Shown here: piece by piece, positions 37,247 to 49,261 of the stretch
How positions within the stretch are numbered: the stretch's first letter is position 1
How the letters are laid out: every line of letters begins with the position of its first letter
Assembly (NCBI GenBank): GCA_945900735.1
Contig: CAMDJX010000002.1
Coordinates: 964 to 64,963 of the forward strand
DNA: 64,000 nucleotides
Source: Acidimicrobium ferrooxidans DSM 10331
GTDB lineage: Bacteria > Actinomycetota > Acidimicrobiia > Acidimicrobiales > Ilumatobacteraceae
Direction: 5' to 3'
Notes under the pieces: generated by a model
What the model saw: the letters and a program-made list of their open reading frames with translations, nothing else
Told to the model about the DNA's origin: nothing
Database searches by the model: none
Made by a program: the position numbers and the translations under genes

Positions 37247-38509
37247 ATGACCGACACCAGCACCCCCACCGACGACAACCCGCACAAGGCGGGAACCGTT
37301 CGCGCGGCACTTGCATCCCGCGATTTTCGCCTTGTTTGGTACGGAGCGTTCGCATCCAATATCGGTACTTGGATGCAAAATGTGGTGCTGCCCGCATACA
37401 TCTACCACCGCACGGGTAAAGCTTCGCTTGTCGGCTTGCTCATTTTTGCGCAATTGGGCCCTCTACTCTTCCTTTCCATTCCAGCCGGAGTTTTGGCCGA
37501 CAAATTCGAACGACGCAAGTGGCTTGTTTCAATGCAGATCGTTCAGCTTGTATTTTCGTGCGCACTAGCAGTGCTTGCTCTTGGCACGCCTGCCGTGTGG
37601 ATGCTGTTTCTCGCCGCACTTGGCGTTGGCATTGGCAACGCAATGAACGCGCCCGCATGGTCGGCAATGTTGCCATCACTTGTTCGACCGGAAGATCTCT
37701 CTGGTGCGCTCGCGCTCAACAGCACCGTGATCAACGGCTCGCGAGTTATCGGCCCAATCATCGTTGCTGTTTTTTCGCAATGGGGCGCGACCACGGCACA
37801 ATTCTTCTTTGTCAATGCAGCAACGTATCTTTTTGTCATCGTCGCACTGCTCAGCGTGAATATTCCTACATTCGTTCCCGACCCAACAAAGGGCTGGCGT
37901 CGCTTCACACGCGGGCTTGCAATCGCTCGTCATCGTCCGACTGTTCGTCGACTACTCATCACGCTGGCAACGTTTTCCTTCCTCTCACTCCCATACGTTG
38001 GGCTCTTTCCGGCAGTGGCGCGTCTTAACTTTGGTATTGCCGAAGACAGCAGTACCTATAAGTGGTTATATGCCACCTGGGGTTTTGGCGCCGCGCTTGG
38101 TGGTCTAGCCATTGGAACCACGTTTGCCCAAAGCGACAAGCGTCGCCTCATCCAATACGGCTTCGCAGGTTTTGCATTGTCAATGCTGTGTTTTGCGTTA
38201 TCGCGCTCGCCATTGCCAGCATTCATCTTTGGTTTCTTTCTTGGATTCGCGTACTTCTTTGCGACAACCGCAATGGTCACGGTGATTCAGAGCCGACTGG
38301 AGCCAGAAGTACGCGGGCGCGTGATGGCGCTTTGGTTTATGGCTTTTGGCGGAACCGTGCCACTGGGCAACTTGCTCTTTGGGCCACTAATCGATCGACA
38401 TGGTTCACAATGGTTGCTCTTGCTGGGCAGCGCTTGGGCGCTGTTTCTTGCTCGCTGGTGCGATATCAAATCACTCGACGAGGCGGCGATTAAAAACTCA
38501 ACTCGTTAA
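37247..38509 (+). CDS. MFS transporter (MFS_3/DHA3-like)
   Basis: SNIGTWMQ, GVLADKFERRK and RGRVMAL motifs; about 12 TM. Start moved to ATG 37247. Confidence 0.88.
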   Translation: MTDTSTPTDDNPHKAGTVRAALASRDFRLVWYGAFASNIGTWMQNVVLPAYIYHRTGKASLVGLLIFAQLGPLLFLSIPAGVLADKFERRKWLVSMQIVQLVFSCALAVLALGTPAVWMLFLAALGVGIGNAMNAPAWSAMLPSLVRPEDLSGALALNSTVINGSRVIGPIIVAVFSQWGATTAQFFFVNAATYLFVIVALLSVNIPTFVPDPTKGWRRFTRGLAIARHRPTVRRLLITLATFSFLSLPYVGLFPAVARLNFGIAEDSSTYKWLYATWGFGAALGGLAIGTTFAQSDKRRLIQYGFAGFALSMLCFALSRSPLPAFIFGFFLGFAYFFATTAMVTVIQSRLEPEVRGRVMALWFMAFGGTVPLGNLLFGPLIDRHGSQWLLLLGSAWALFLARWCDIKSLDEAAIKNSTR

Positions 38510-39808
38510 TTGCTCTACGAGACGTTCTAATTGTGCGATTCGAGAACCCTTCACTAGCGCTACATCCCCCTCGCCTAGCCCGCGCCCAATCTCTGCGGCT
38601 TGTGCGATGTCGATGCTCGGGACGCCGTAGGCATCGGTATTCACCGCAACTAGTTCGATTCCGAGACGTTGCGCCAACGCTGCGATTTCACGATGCTCAC
38701 GGTCGGGGTTGGCGAGTTCGGCCATGAGCCCAACGAATGCAACACGACGCTTGGCATTCATCGATTGCAACGACTGCAACGCGGCACTCATTGAAGACGG
38801 GTTCGCGTTGTACGTGTCATCAACGACAACAGCACCACTGCCATTACGTATGACGTTCATGCGCATTGGCGAGAGCTTTGCTTCGCGCAACGATGCGGCA
38901 GCCAACTGCACATCTAGCTCCATCACGCCAGCAACGGCAACTGCAGCAAGCGCATTCATTGCCATGTGCGCGCCGGGCACACCAAGCGAAAAAGACACGG
39001 TCCCCCATGGTGTTGTCGCTGTTGCAGTTGGTCGAGCCAAATCGTCCAATTCACACGACTGCATTCGCACATCAGCATTGAGGTTCGTTCCATACGTGAG
39101 CACTGAAGCCTTGGTGCTTTCGCGCATTGCAACCACCCGCTCGTCGTCTGCATTAAGAATTGCCGTTCCCGAAGCATCCAACGCTTGCACCAATTCGGCC
39201 TTTGCTCGTGCCACACCCTCGATGCCGCCAACGCGCTCGGTGTGAGCCTCGGCTACTGCGGTAACCACTCCGATATGAGGCCGAGCAATTGAGCAAAGCC
39301 GCGAGATTTCGCCAAATCCGCGCATTCCCATCTCTAAGACCAACGCCTGCACATCGTCTGAAGCGTTTAACACGGTGATTGGCAGGCCCTGATCATTGTT
39401 GAAAGATTTGTCGCTCGCACACACTCGTAATTGATTTCCCAATGCTGCAGCAATGAAATCCTTTGTAGAGGTTTTCCCGACAGAGCCCGTCACTCCAACA
39501 ACACGCCCCACGAGTTGCGCATCCAGTTTTGCTCTTCCCCACGAACCAAGCTGCAACAAAGCCTGCAGCGTGTCATTCACTACGACAGCAGTACGACCTT
39601 CGGGTTCGCGGCAAGTGAGATAGGCACCGGCGCCTGCTTTCAGCGCGGCCGCAATAAATTCGTGCCCATCACGGTCGGCAACAATTGGTACAAACAGTTG
39701 CCCGGGTCGGATTGAACGCGAATCAAAACTGACGCCCGAAAGATGCGCGTTTTGACCAACGAGTACACCGTTAGTCGCTTTTGCCACATCGGCGGCCATT
39801 AAGCGCAT
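38498..39808 (-). CDS. murF: UDP-MurNAc-tripeptide--D-Ala-D-Ala ligase
   Basis: VTGSVGKTSTKD, SFNNDQGLP, LEMGM, DDTYNANP and VKGSR motifs. Confidence 0.95.
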   Translation of the reverse strand: MRLMAADVAKATNGVLVGQNAHLSGVSFDSRSIRPGQLFVPIVADRDGHEFIAAALKAGAGAYLTCREPEGRTAVVVNDTLQALLQLGSWGRAKLDAQLVGRVVGVTGSVGKTSTKDFIAAALGNQLRVCASDKSFNNDQGLPITVLNASDDVQALVLEMGMRGFGEISRLCSIARPHIGVVTAVAEAHTERVGGIEGVARAKAELVQALDASGTAILNADDERVVAMRESTKASVLTYGTNLNADVRMQSCELDDLARPTATATTPWGTVSFSLGVPGAHMAMNALAAVAVAGVMELDVQLAAASLREAKLSPMRMNVIRNGSGAVVVDDTYNANPSSMSAALQSLQSMNAKRRVAFVGLMAELANPDREHREIAALAQRLGIELVAVNTDAYGVPSIDIAQAAEIGRGLGEGDVALVKGSRIAQLERLVEQLTS

Positions 39809-39874
39809 AGGTAAACGCTACCAAAGAAACTTTTTGGCACAGCCGACCCCGTCAATTGCTAGTACCGTGTTTTC

Positions 39875-40918
39875 ATGGCTTCGACGCAACGCATTCACGT
39901 TGTTGTTCTGTTCGGCGGCCAATCTGCGGAACACGACGTCAGTTGCGTGACCGCAGCTCATGTGATTAAGGCTCTCGACTCGAGTAAATACGACATCACA
40001 GCCGTAGGCATAACGCGCGAGGGCAAGTGGGTTGTTGCTCAACCACAAGTAGGAGTTTTGGTTGCCGAAGGCGAGCCAACCTCTATCACGCCAATTGTCG
40101 AACAGGCGCGCGGTGACGCACGAACAGTTATCTTCCCTCTACTTCACGGCCCACTCGGCGAAGACGGAACCATCCAAGGTGTTCTCGAACTTGCCAACAT
40201 TGCATACGTTGGCACGGGCGTGTTGGGCAGCGCAGTTGCAATGGATAAGGGCGTTGCTAAACAAGTACTCCACGCAAACGGCATACCGCAGCCAAAATAT
40301 GTCTCCCTACGTGAGGCACATGTCAATGAGGCAGCGCTGCTTCACGCCGCCGACACACTTGGCCTGCCCGTTTTTGTGAAACCAGCCAATATGGGATCTT
40401 CGGTAGGAGTTTCCAAGGCCCACTCGATAGATGAAATGCGCAGCGCTATACAGCAAGCACTGACGTACGACGAATGGGTACTGATTGAAGAAGCGGTTGT
40501 TGGTCGAGAAATAGAAGTTGCCGTGCTTGGAAACGTGCATGCACGAGCATCAATTCCCGGAGAGATCATCCCCGGCAACGAGTTTTACGATTACGCCGAC
40601 AAGTACATCGGCGATGGCGCGCAACTTATTGTTCCCGCAAACCTCACCGCCGATGAAATTGAAGCAGTGCAACATCTAGCGATTGTGATTTTCCACACGC
40701 TCCGAGCCGAAGGAATGGCCCGTGTCGATTTCTTCTACGAACAAAATGGGCGTGGGTTTCTCTGCAATGAGATAAACACCATTCCTGGCTTCACACCAAT
40801 ATCCATGTACCCCAAGCTCTGGCAAGCGTCGGGCATGTCTTACCCCGCGTTACTTGATGAATTGATAACCCTTGCGCTCGACCGCTTCTCGCGCCGACGA
40901 CGCAACACTGCACACTAA
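39875..40918 (+). CDS. ddl: D-alanine--D-alanine ligase
   Basis: GGQSAEHDVS, LHGPLGEDG, KPANMGSSVG, FYDYADKY and NEINTIPGFT motifs. Confidence 0.96.
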   Translation: MASTQRIHVVVLFGGQSAEHDVSCVTAAHVIKALDSSKYDITAVGITREGKWVVAQPQVGVLVAEGEPTSITPIVEQARGDARTVIFPLLHGPLGEDGTIQGVLELANIAYVGTGVLGSAVAMDKGVAKQVLHANGIPQPKYVSLREAHVNEAALLHAADTLGLPVFVKPANMGSSVGVSKAHSIDEMRSAIQQALTYDEWVLIEEAVVGREIEVAVLGNVHARASIPGEIIPGNEFYDYADKYIGDGAQLIVPANLTADEIEAVQHLAIVIFHTLRAEGMARVDFFYEQNGRGFLCNEINTIPGFTPISMYPKLWQASGMSYPALLDELITLALDRFSRRRRNTAH

Positions 40919-40946
40919 ATATTTTGCAGTGAGCTGAACTAAATCC

Positions 40947-41555
40947 TTACAGGCCAGATGCCGGAATATTGATGTTTTGTCCTGGAGTGATCAGGACGTC
41001 AGAACTCTGCCATCCATTTACAGACAACAGCGCACCAAGTGAAACACAGAATTTGCGACGAATGATGTACAACGAATCACCGCGAGCAACTTGGTAGGTG
41101 CCCGCTGGCCGTGGATCGCAACCCGTGGCACTTGGCCCTGCGGAGATATCTGGCGAAATAGGAATAGTTGGGTTGGACACCATCGCTGTTGGCGGAATCT
41201 TCAGCTGCGTACCTGCATACGGAAACTGTGCTGACGAAACAAGGCCGTTCCATGCCAGCAATTCGGCAACCGTGATTCCAAAAAGATTGGCAACCAATAT
41301 CGGCGAGTCGCCCTGACGAACGGTGTAGGTCTGCTCGACACCAACCGAGCCAGGAGGCAGCGTCGTCACGATGTTTGGCAACGTTGTCTCCACAGGAGGA
41401 ATGGTTTGAAAGTCGGTTGGGCCAACGGGGACAATCGTGGTGGCACTTCCCGATATCTCGGTGCTGCATGCTCCAATGAAAAAGATTGCAGCCAATGCAA
41501 GAGAACCATGCACTACGGCTTTACGTGTGCGAATTGGTGCTGATGACTTTTCCAT
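40947..41555 (-). CDS. LysM-domain lipoprotein (two LysM repeats)
   Basis: IGAC lipobox; YTVRQGDS..WN..GTQLKIP and YQVARGDS..N..PGQNINIP. Confidence 0.85.
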   Translation of the reverse strand: MEKSSAPIRTRKAVVHGSLALAAIFFIGACSTEISGSATTIVPVGPTDFQTIPPVETTLPNIVTTLPPGSVGVEQTYTVRQGDSPILVANLFGITVAELLAWNGLVSSAQFPYAGTQLKIPPTAMVSNPTIPISPDISAGPSATGCDPRPAGTYQVARGDSLYIIRRKFCVSLGALLSVNGWQSSDVLITPGQNINIPASGL

Positions 41556-41600
41556 TGCCCACTTACACTAGGCGAAACGCCTCTTGGATTGGAGGTGGGT

Positions 41601-43052
41601 TCACGCCAATGGTCGAGCAGAGGAGACGATTGGTGACGGCAACGTCGTCGCGCCCATCAAACGTTCGTCTACCGCTGCAGCGCAAGCACGACCTTCGGCA
41701 ATTGCCCACACAATCAAACTTTGTCCCCGACCCATGTCGCCCGCAACAAAAACACCAGGAACGTTGGTGGCGTAAGTATCAGTTCTTGCAATGTTTCCAC
41801 GATCGTCAAGCGCTACACCCAATTGATCTAGCCACGAATCCTTTTCCGGGCCAACAAAGCCCAATGCAAGCAACACAAGATCGCAGGGCAATTCGCGTTC
41901 TGTACCTTCGACAATTTCAAATTTTCCGTTATTCAAAACGACTTCATTCAAAACAAGCGCACGGACGTTGCCATGCTCGTCGGCAAGGAATCGGTCGGTG
42001 TTCACGCTGAATACCCGCTCGCCACCCTCTTCATGAGCGGACGACGTGCGATAGATCATGCTCCACTGCGGCCAGGGGTTTGTTCCTGCTCGCAAATCTG
42101 GAGGTCGCGGCATGATTTCCAATTGAGTAATTGATGCTGCGCCTTGACGAATAGCGGTTCCCAGACAATCGGCCCCGGTATCTCCGCCTCCAATGATCAC
42201 CACGTGTTTGCCACGTGCACTAATCGACGTTTCTTCGATGTCGCCCTGTTGAACACGGTTTGCTGGGGGCAGATACTCCATGGCTTGATAGATACCGCCC
42301 AGTTCGCGACCAGGCACCGGCAAGTCGCGCCATGATGTTGCGCCGCAAGCCAGCACCAACGCGTCGTGCGATGCCATAAGTACGTCGATATCGACATTGT
42401 CACCAACCGCGGCGTTCGTACGAAACTCGGTTCCCTCTTGTTTCATCTGCTCGACCCGGCGATCAATGTGGCGCTTTTCCATTTTGAATTCGGGAATTCC
42501 GTACCGCAACAAACCGCCAATGCGGTCGGCTCGCTCCAACACGACAACATCGTGCCCGGCACGTGTGAGTTGTTGTGCTGCCGCCAGACCAGCCGGCCCA
42601 GACCCGATGACAGCCACTCGTTTGCCCGTCTTGTAATTCGAAATATGCGGAGTTACCCAACCTTCGTTCCAGGCACGATCGATGATCTCTACTTCCACCT
42701 GTTTGATTGAGACCGGGTCTTGATTAATTCCGAGTACACATGCCGATTCGCATGGTGCAGGACATAAGCGTCCCGTGAATTCGGGAAAGTTGTTTGTGGC
42801 ATGCAGTCGCTCGAGCGCGTCAAACCAATGATCGCGATACACCAAATCGTTCCAGTCAGGAATTAAATTGCCAAGCGGACAGCCGTTGTTGCAAAACGGA
42901 ATGCCGCAATCCATGCAGCGTCCAGCCTGATGAACCAATTCAGATTGGGGAAACGGCTCGTACACCTCTTTCCAGTCGGCAACTCGAACTGGTATTGACC
43001 TGCGCTTCGGCGAGGTTCTTCCCCACTGAATAAAACCGGTTGGCTCACCCAT
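41601..43052 (-). CDS. gltD: Glutamate synthase small subunit
   Basis: [41 protein letters not shown] and [10 protein letters not shown] motifs. Confidence 0.97.
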   Translation of the reverse strand: MGEPTGFIQWGRTSPKRRSIPVRVADWKEVYEPFPQSELVHQAGRCMDCGIPFCNNGCPLGNLIPDWNDLVYRDHWFDALERLHATNNFPEFTGRLCPAPCESACVLGINQDPVSIKQVEVEIIDRAWNEGWVTPHISNYKTGKRVAVIGSGPAGLAAAQQLTRAGHDVVVLERADRIGGLLRYGIPEFKMEKRHIDRRVEQMKQEGTEFRTNAAVGDNVDIDVLMASHDALVLACGATSWRDLPVPGRELGGIYQAMEYLPPANRVQQGDIEETSISARGKHVVIIGGGDTGADCLGTAIRQGAASITQLEIMPRPPDLRAGTNPWPQWSMIYRTSSAHEEGGERVFSVNTDRFLADEHGNVRALVLNEVVLNNGKFEIVEGTERELPCDLVLLALGFVGPEKDSWLDQLGVALDDRGNIARTDTYATNVPGVFVAGDMGRGQSLIVWAIAEGRACAAAVDERLMGATTLPSPIVSSARPLA

Positions 43053-46000
43053 TGATTGGCTCCATTACTCGCTGCAGTGTTTCTTCTTCGGACAAGCCTT
43101 GTGTTCGAGCACTTTCAAGAATGCCCATCACGCGCGCATAGTCGCGTGGCATCACAACGCGGAACCGGGCGGCAACAGTTTCCCAATCGTCGATCATTCG
43201 TTCAGCAAGTGGCGAACGCGTTGCCGCGTGGTGCTGGGAGATGATGTCGAGCAACCACTTTTGGTCTACGTCGGAGGTATCGAGCACATCCACCATCTCG
43301 GTATTCACGCGTTCGCCGAACGTACCGTCGTGATCGTAAACGTACGCAACTCCACCAGACATTCCGGCAGCAAAGTTGCGACCAGTAGCGCCGAGAACAA
43401 CCACTCTGCCACCAGTCATGTATTCACAGCCGTGGTCGCCAACACCTTCGACAACCGCAGTCGCTCCGGAGTTCCGCACACAGAAACGCTCGCCAACAAG
43501 CCCGTTGATAAAGATCTGGCCGGATGTCGCCCCGTAGCCAATTACATTTCCTGCAATCACGTTCTCTTCAGGAGCAAATGTTGCGCGCTCGCTTGGCCGC
43601 AACACTATTTTCCCACCCGAAAGACCCTTGCCCAAATAGTCATTCGAGTCGCCGAACAGTGTCAGTGAAATACCGCGAGGTATAAATGCGCCGAAGCTTT
43701 GGCCGGCGGAGCCATCAAAACGAATGGCAATAGTGTCATCTGGCAAGCCTGCACCACCCCACTTCTTCGTCACTGCACTTCCAAGCATTGTGCCGACCGT
43801 GCGATTGACGTTGCTGACCGGACGCGAAATAGATACGGCAACACCGTCTTCAACCGCAGCGCTGCAAGCGTTAATCAATTCGGTGTCGAGCGCATCTTTC
43901 AGGCCGTGCTCCTGTGCCACCGACTGATGGCGCGTTTGTTTGTAAGGGTTTTGCGGAATGGCAAGTATTGGTGAGATGTCAAGGCCGCGTGCTTTCCAGT
44001 GAGAAACAGCAGTTCGCGTATCCAAGGCCTCTACACATCCGATTGCTTCTTGCAGTGTGCGGAAACCAAGCAGTGCTAAGTACTCGCGAACCTCTTCGGC
44101 AATGTATTCGAAAAAGTTGACGACAAATTCGGGTTTGCCATTAAATCGTTTTCGTAGTTCTGGGTTTTGCGTTGCAATACCAACGGGGCATGTGTCGAGG
44201 TGACACACCCGCATCATCACACAACCGCTCACCACTAGTGGTGCGGTGGCGAAGCCGTACTCCTCCGCGCCCAACAATGCAGCAACGATGACATCTCGGC
44301 CGGTCTTCAATTGTCCGTCTGCTTGCACAACGATTCGATTTCGCAATCCATTCAATAACAATGTTTGCTGAGCCTCTGCAAGGCCAAGTTCCCAAGGGCC
44401 TCCCGCATGTTTTAGCGAAGTCAGTGGCGATGCGCCCGTGCCGCCATCGTGCCCAGAGATAAGAACCACGTCAGCTTTTGCTTTGCTCACGCCGGCAGCC
44501 ACGGTTCCGATACCAACTTCCGCAACCAACTTCACATGCACACGTGCAGCAGGGTTGGAATTCTTCAGGTCGTGAATGAGTTGTTTCAAGTCTTCAATGG
44601 AGTAAATGTCGTGGTGCGGCGGTGGGCTGATTAACCCAACGCCTGGGGTGCTGTACCGAGTTTTTGCAATCCATGGGTACACCTTGTGTCCCGGCAACTG
44701 ACCGCCCTCGCCAGGCTTCGCGCCCTGTGCCATCTTGATCTGCAAGTCGTCGGCGTTCACCAAGTACTCGCTTGTCACTCCAAACCGACCAGACGCAACT
44801 TGTTTAATTGCCGAGCGCTTCGAGTCGCCGCTTGCGGGCGCAATCAAGCGCTCCGAATCCTCACCACCTTCACCAGTGTTGCTCTTGCCGCCAATTCGGT
44901 TCATTGCAATAGCAAGCGTTTCGTGAACTTCGGCAGAAATTGAGCCATAGCTCATAGCACCAGTAGAGAAGCGCTTGACGATGCTTTCCACGGGTTCTAC
45001 TTCGGCGATGTCGATTGGTTTTCGAGTTGCATCGAACTCGAACAATCCCCTCAAGGTAGAAAGGACACGCGATTGGTCATCAACCGATTTTGTGTACTGC
45101 TTGAACACGTCATATCTGCCCGCACGCGTGGCGTGTTGCAGCTTGTAAACAGTCTCGGGATTAAATAGGTGGTGCTCACCTTCGCGACGCCACTGATATT
45201 CACCACCGATTTCTAATTGTCTGTGGACGCGCTGATCAGGTCGTGATGGATGGGCAATGGCATGACGTGCCGAAACCTCTTGAGCAATCTCTCCAAGCCC
45301 GATGCCACCCACTCGCGAAACAGTGCCAGTAAAGAATTCATCGACTAATTCAGAGTTCAAACCAAGTGCTTCAAAAATTTGCGCGCCCGTGTACGAAGCA
45401 ACGGTAGAGACGCCCATCTTCGACATCACCTTGAGCACGCCTTTGCCAGCAGACTTGATGTAGTTGGCAATCACTTTTTGCGCATCAGCACCACCGAGCC
45501 CGTGCAGACCTTTGCCGTCATCGGCCAAAATCATGTCTTCAATTGATTCGAATGCGAGATACGGGTTGATCGCGCCAGCCCCGTACCCAACCAACAAGGC
45601 CATGTGATGCACTTCTCGTGCATCTCCGCTCTCAACAATCAGCCCAACCTGTGTTCGCTTTTTTTCACGAATGAGATGGTGATGAATTGCACTCGTCAAT
45701 AGAAGCGATGGAATCGGCGCAAACACTTCGTCACTGTTGCGGTCGGAAAGCACAATGATGCGGGCGCCCGCTTCGATTTCGGTACTTGCCTGCTGACGTA
45801 GCGTGTCCAGCGCCGAGCGCAGACCCGCCTCGCCTTCGGCAACTCGGTATAGCCCCGAAAGCACGACCGACTTCAAATGCGGGTAAACATCGTCGTCATT
45901 GATGTGAATGATTTTGGCTAGGTGATCGTTATTGATCACAGGGAAGGGAAGCACCAACTGCCGACAATGCTCTGGCCCTGCCTCGAGCAAGTTGCTCTCG

Positions 46001-47613
46001 GGGCCAACTGCGGTGCCAATGGATGTGACTACCTCTTCACGAATTGCATCTAGTGGCGGATTGGTTACTTGAGCAAATAGCTGCTGGAAATAATCAAACA
46101 GCAATCGAGGACGAGCCGACAACACCGCAATTGGTGTATCGGTTCCCATTGAGCCAATTGGTTCGGCCCCACTCTTCGCCATCGGTGCAAGAATGATCTT
46201 GAGTTCTTCGTGCGTGTAGCCAAAAACTTGTTGCCTGCGCAACACGCTGTCGCTGCTAAACACCACGTGCTCTCTGGCCGGCAGATCGCCAAGTTCGACC
46301 AACCCTGCTTCGAGCCACTGTTCGTACGGAAGCGCCGAGGCCAATTCCTGTTTGACCTCTTCGTCGGACACGATTCGCTTTTGTGCTGTGTCGACGAGCA
46401 ACATTTTTCCTGGCCGGAGACGACCTTTACGCACGACATTGGCTTGATCAATATCGACAACACCGACTTCGCTGGCCATGATCAAGATGTCATCATTCGT
46501 CACCCAGTACCGGCTCGGACGCAAACCGTTTCGGTCGAGTACTGCGCCAATCAAAGTGCCATCGGTAAACGCAACACAGGCGGGGCCATCCCATGGCTCC
46601 ATCAATGATGCGTGAAAGCGATAGAACGCACGCTTCTTCGCATCCATCTTCTTATTGTTTTCCCAAGCCTCTGGGATCATCATCAACATTGCGTGTGGCA
46701 ATGATCGACCGCCTAAATGCAACAACTCCAGCACTTCGTCGAAGGACGCAGAGTCCGAACCGCCCGATGCACAAATTGGGAAGGCGCGCTCCAATCCAGG
46801 AATGAGCGGACTAGAGAGAAGCGACTCGCGGGTACGCATCCAATTTCGATTTCCTTGCACAGTGTTGATCTCGCCGTTGTGCGCAATGAATCGATACGGG
46901 TGCGCAAGCGGCCATGACGGAAATGTGTTGGTAGAAAAACGGCTGTGAACAAGCGCCAGCGACGACTCGACACGTTCGTCATTCAATTCTGGAAAAAATG
47001 AAGCCAACTGAGGAGTGGTGAGCATTCCTTTGTAGATGAGCGTGCGCGAAGATAGCGAAGGAAAATACGTGCGCTCATCGGAAAGAAGTTCATGTTCGAT
47101 GCGCTTTCGAGCAATAAACAGTTTCCGATCGAGATCAATTTCGGTAAGACCAGATTTGCTTGCAATAAACACGTGCGCGAAGTACGGCATGACCGCCTTA
47201 GCGCTTGCCCCAATGCTCGATGGATCGACAGGAACTTCTCGCCAACCAAGCACTTCCAATTGTTCTTCATTGGCAATCTGCGTAATTGAACGCAGCGCAT
47301 TCGTGCGATGCTCCTCGTCGGTTGGCAAGAATGCCAAGCCAACTCCATAGCCACCCACTGCCGGCAGTGGGAAACCAGCTACCTCCGAAAGGAAGCGGTG
47401 TGGAATTTGAATGAGTACTCCTGCGCCATCGCCAGTGTCTGCCTCGGCACCCGTTGCCCCGCGATGTTCCATGCTGCACAGCGCGCCGATACCCATCGAC
47501 ACGATGTTGTGCGAGCGACGTCCTTGAATGTCAACGACGAACGAGACGCCACATGCGTCGTGTTCAAATCGTGGGTCGTATAAGCCGCTTGCAGGCGGCA
47601 AGAGATGTTGCAT
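43045..47613 (-). CDS. gltB: Glutamate synthase large subunit
   Basis: HDACGV N-terminal Cys, [39 protein letters not shown] and GXGXG domain. Confidence 0.98.
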   Translation of the reverse strand: MQHLLPPASGLYDPRFEHDACGVSFVVDIQGRRSHNIVSMGIGALCSMEHRGATGAEADTGDGAGVLIQIPHRFLSEVAGFPLPAVGGYGVGLAFLPTDEEHRTNALRSITQIANEEQLEVLGWREVPVDPSSIGASAKAVMPYFAHVFIASKSGLTEIDLDRKLFIARKRIEHELLSDERTYFPSLSSRTLIYKGMLTTPQLASFFPELNDERVESSLALVHSRFSTNTFPSWPLAHPYRFIAHNGEINTVQGNRNWMRTRESLLSSPLIPGLERAFPICASGGSDSASFDEVLELLHLGGRSLPHAMLMMIPEAWENNKKMDAKKRAFYRFHASLMEPWDGPACVAFTDGTLIGAVLDRNGLRPSRYWVTNDDILIMASEVGVVDIDQANVVRKGRLRPGKMLLVDTAQKRIVSDEEVKQELASALPYEQWLEAGLVELGDLPAREHVVFSSDSVLRRQQVFGYTHEELKIILAPMAKSGAEPIGSMGTDTPIAVLSARPRLLFDYFQQLFAQVTNPPLDAIREEVVTSIGTAVGPESNLLEAGPEHCRQLVLPFPVINNDHLAKIIHINDDDVYPHLKSVVLSGLYRVAEGEAGLRSALDTLRQQASTEIEAGARIIVLSDRNSDEVFAPIPSLLLTSAIHHHLIREKKRTQVGLIVESGDAREVHHMALLVGYGAGAINPYLAFESIEDMILADDGKGLHGLGGADAQKVIANYIKSAGKGVLKVMSKMGVSTVASYTGAQIFEALGLNSELVDEFFTGTVSRVGGIGLGEIAQEVSARHAIAHPSRPDQRVHRQLEIGGEYQWRREGEHHLFNPETVYKLQHATRAGRYDVFKQYTKSVDDQSRVLSTLRGLFEFDATRKPIDIAEVEPVESIVKRFSTGAMSYGSISAEVHETLAIAMNRIGGKSNTGEGGEDSERLIAPASGDSKRSAIKQVASGRFGVTSEYLVNADDLQIKMAQGAKPGEGGQLPGHKVYPWIAKTRYSTPGVGLISPPPHHDIYSIEDLKQLIHDLKNSNPAARVHVKLVAEVGIGTVAAGVSKAKADVVLISGHDGGTGASPLTSLKHAGGPWELGLAEAQQTLLLNGLRNRIVVQADGQLKTGRDVIVAALLGAEEYGFATAPLVVSGCVMMRVCHLDTCPVGIATQNPELRKRFNGKPEFVVNFFEYIAEEVREYLALLGFRTLQEAIGCVEALDTRTAVSHWKARGLDISPILAIPQNPYKQTRHQSVAQEHGLKDALDTELINACSAAVEDGVAVSISRPVSNVNRTVGTMLGSAVTKKWGGAGLPDDTIAIRFDGSAGQSFGAFIPRGISLTLFGDSNDYLGKGLSGGKIVLRPSERATFAPEENVIAGNVIGYGATSGQIFINGLVGERFCVRNSGATAVVEGVGDHGCEYMTGGRVVVLGATGRNFAAGMSGGVAYVYDHDGTFGERVNTEMVDVLDTSDVDQKWLLDIISQHHAATRSPLAERMIDDWETVAARFRVVMPRDYARVMGILESARTQGLSEEETLQRVMEPING

Positions 47614-47684
47614 CGTCGTCCTTATGAATGATCAGGAAGCGGGGAAACCCGCTCGGGACGACGCTGGCCCGTAACGAAACTCTA
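47614..47684 (-). promoter_or_regulatory. gltB promoter and structured leader sequestering the RBS
   Basis: TAGAGT at 47679-47684. Leader CGTCGTCC (47656-47663) is complementary to GGACGACG (47614-47621) directly before ATG, with an inner hairpin at 47637-47654. Confidence 0.6.
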
Positions 47685-47692
47685 GCCAGTAG

Positions 47693-48547
47693 TTAGCCGA
47701 AAATGCTGCTCGAACTAAATTTTGGCGGTCGCTTCTCAAAATGTGACATCACTGCTTCAACCTGATTCGCCCCGCCGATCAACTTGCCAATCACTTCTCG
47801 CTCTGCAGCAAATTGCTGTGCCGCCCCATCGTTGGCCATCAGATTGATCAATTTCTTCGCCCCCCGAACCGCATCTGGGCTGCGGCCGGATATTTCTTGA
47901 GCAAGGTCCATCGCCTCTGCATGCGGGGTCTTCGATAACCGGGTGACCACGCCAAGCTCGAAACCTTCGGCGCCCGAAAACACCCTTGCGCTGAACACCA
48001 AATCCTTGACGATGTCGGGACGCACCAACCGGCTCAGCATCAACGTGCCTGTCATGTCTGGAATGAGACCCCAATGCACTTCACGCACGGACAACTGCGT
48101 ATCTGGATGCACAATACGAATGTCTGTGCCAAGCGCGATTTGCATTCCGCCGCCAAGTGCATGCCCATGAACAGCAGCGATTACTGGAACAGGAACTTCT
48201 TGCCAGACCCAACACACTTGTTGGGCAAGGTGAGTGATGCGTCCGTCGGACATTCCTCCTGCGTTAACCGAGCCGCCCTGCCCAGACGAACCCTGCGCCA
48301 TTGCCTGAAACGAACCGAAGTCGAGGCCAGCACAAAACGACGCGCCATCACCGGACAGCACCACGACACGGAGTTCTGGAAGTGTTTTCAAATAGTCGCC
48401 GGCAGCGGCAAGCGACGTAAACATCGCGTTGTCCAGCGCATTGCGTTTGTCCGCGCGGTTCATTCGCACATCTGCGATGCCGTCCTCGATCGCGATTGTC
48501 ACTCGATCCTCGGTCACCCCTGGTATTGAACTGTTGGCTGCGCTCAT
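47693..48547 (-). CDS. Enoyl-CoA hydratase/isomerase family
   Basis: NRADKRNAL, FCAGLD, GHALGGG and REVHWGLIPD motifs. Start moved to ATG 48547 (GGAG upstream). Confidence 0.92.
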   Translation of the reverse strand: MSAANSSIPGVTEDRVTIAIEDGIADVRMNRADKRNALDNAMFTSLAAAGDYLKTLPELRVVVLSGDGASFCAGLDFGSFQAMAQGSSGQGGSVNAGGMSDGRITHLAQQVCWVWQEVPVPVIAAVHGHALGGGMQIALGTDIRIVHPDTQLSVREVHWGLIPDMTGTLMLSRLVRPDIVKDLVFSARVFSGAEGFELGVVTRLSKTPHAEAMDLAQEISGRSPDAVRGAKKLINLMANDGAAQQFAAEREVIGKLIGGANQVEAVMSHFEKRPPKFSSSSIFG

Positions 48548-48601
48548 GAAATGCTCCCTGCTGTTCGGTCCCACCTATCGTGGCATGGCACACTTGACGA
48601 T

Positions 48602-49246
48602 ATGCAACTGAACCTTTCTGCCGATGAAGTACTGAAGTCCACCCGCAGCGTGCGCAAGCGCCTGGATTTTGACCGCCCCGTCAGTCGCGCCGTTGTTGAG
48701 GAATGCCTGGACATTGCGCTGCAAGCGCCAACGGGTGGCAACCGTCAGGGTTGGCATTGGATTGTTGTTGAAGATGCCGCAAAGAAAAAAGCGCTGGCCG
48801 ACATCTACCGAGCCAACTGGGCGATTTATGCAACCCTGCCAGGCGGCCGCCCTACAGGCGACTCACGCGACGAACAAATGCCGCGAGTGCGCGACTCGGC
48901 AACATTTTTGTCTGAGAATTTTGAGCGTGCACCAATGCTGATGATCCCCTGCATCGAAGGACGCATTGAAAACGTTGACGTGGCTACCGGTGCCGGAGCA
49001 TGGGGTTCGCTATTGCCCGCCGTATGGAGTTTCATGTTGGCCCTACGCGGCAGAGGAATGGGCTCTGCATGGACAACCATTCACCTGATGATGGACGGTG
49101 AAAAGAAAGCGGCAGAGCTGCTGGGTATTCCATACGAGAAAGTGACGCAAGGCGGCCTCTTCCCCATCGCTTACACCGTTGGCACCGAATTTAAGCCGGC
49201 GCAACGCCTACCACTAGAAAAAGTCCTTCATTGGGACAAGTGGTAA
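48602..49246 (+). CDS. Nitroreductase family protein
   Basis: TRSVRKRLD, QAPTGGNRQGW and LALRGRGMGSAWTT motifs. Confidence 0.9.
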   Translation: MQLNLSADEVLKSTRSVRKRLDFDRPVSRAVVEECLDIALQAPTGGNRQGWHWIVVEDAAKKKALADIYRANWAIYATLPGGRPTGDSRDEQMPRVRDSATFLSENFERAPMLMIPCIEGRIENVDVATGAGAWGSLLPAVWSFMLALRGRGMGSAWTTIHLMMDGEKKAAELLGIPYEKVTQGGLFPIAYTVGTEFKPAQRLPLEKVLHWDKW

Positions 49247-49261
49247 TTCGTTAGCAATTAA

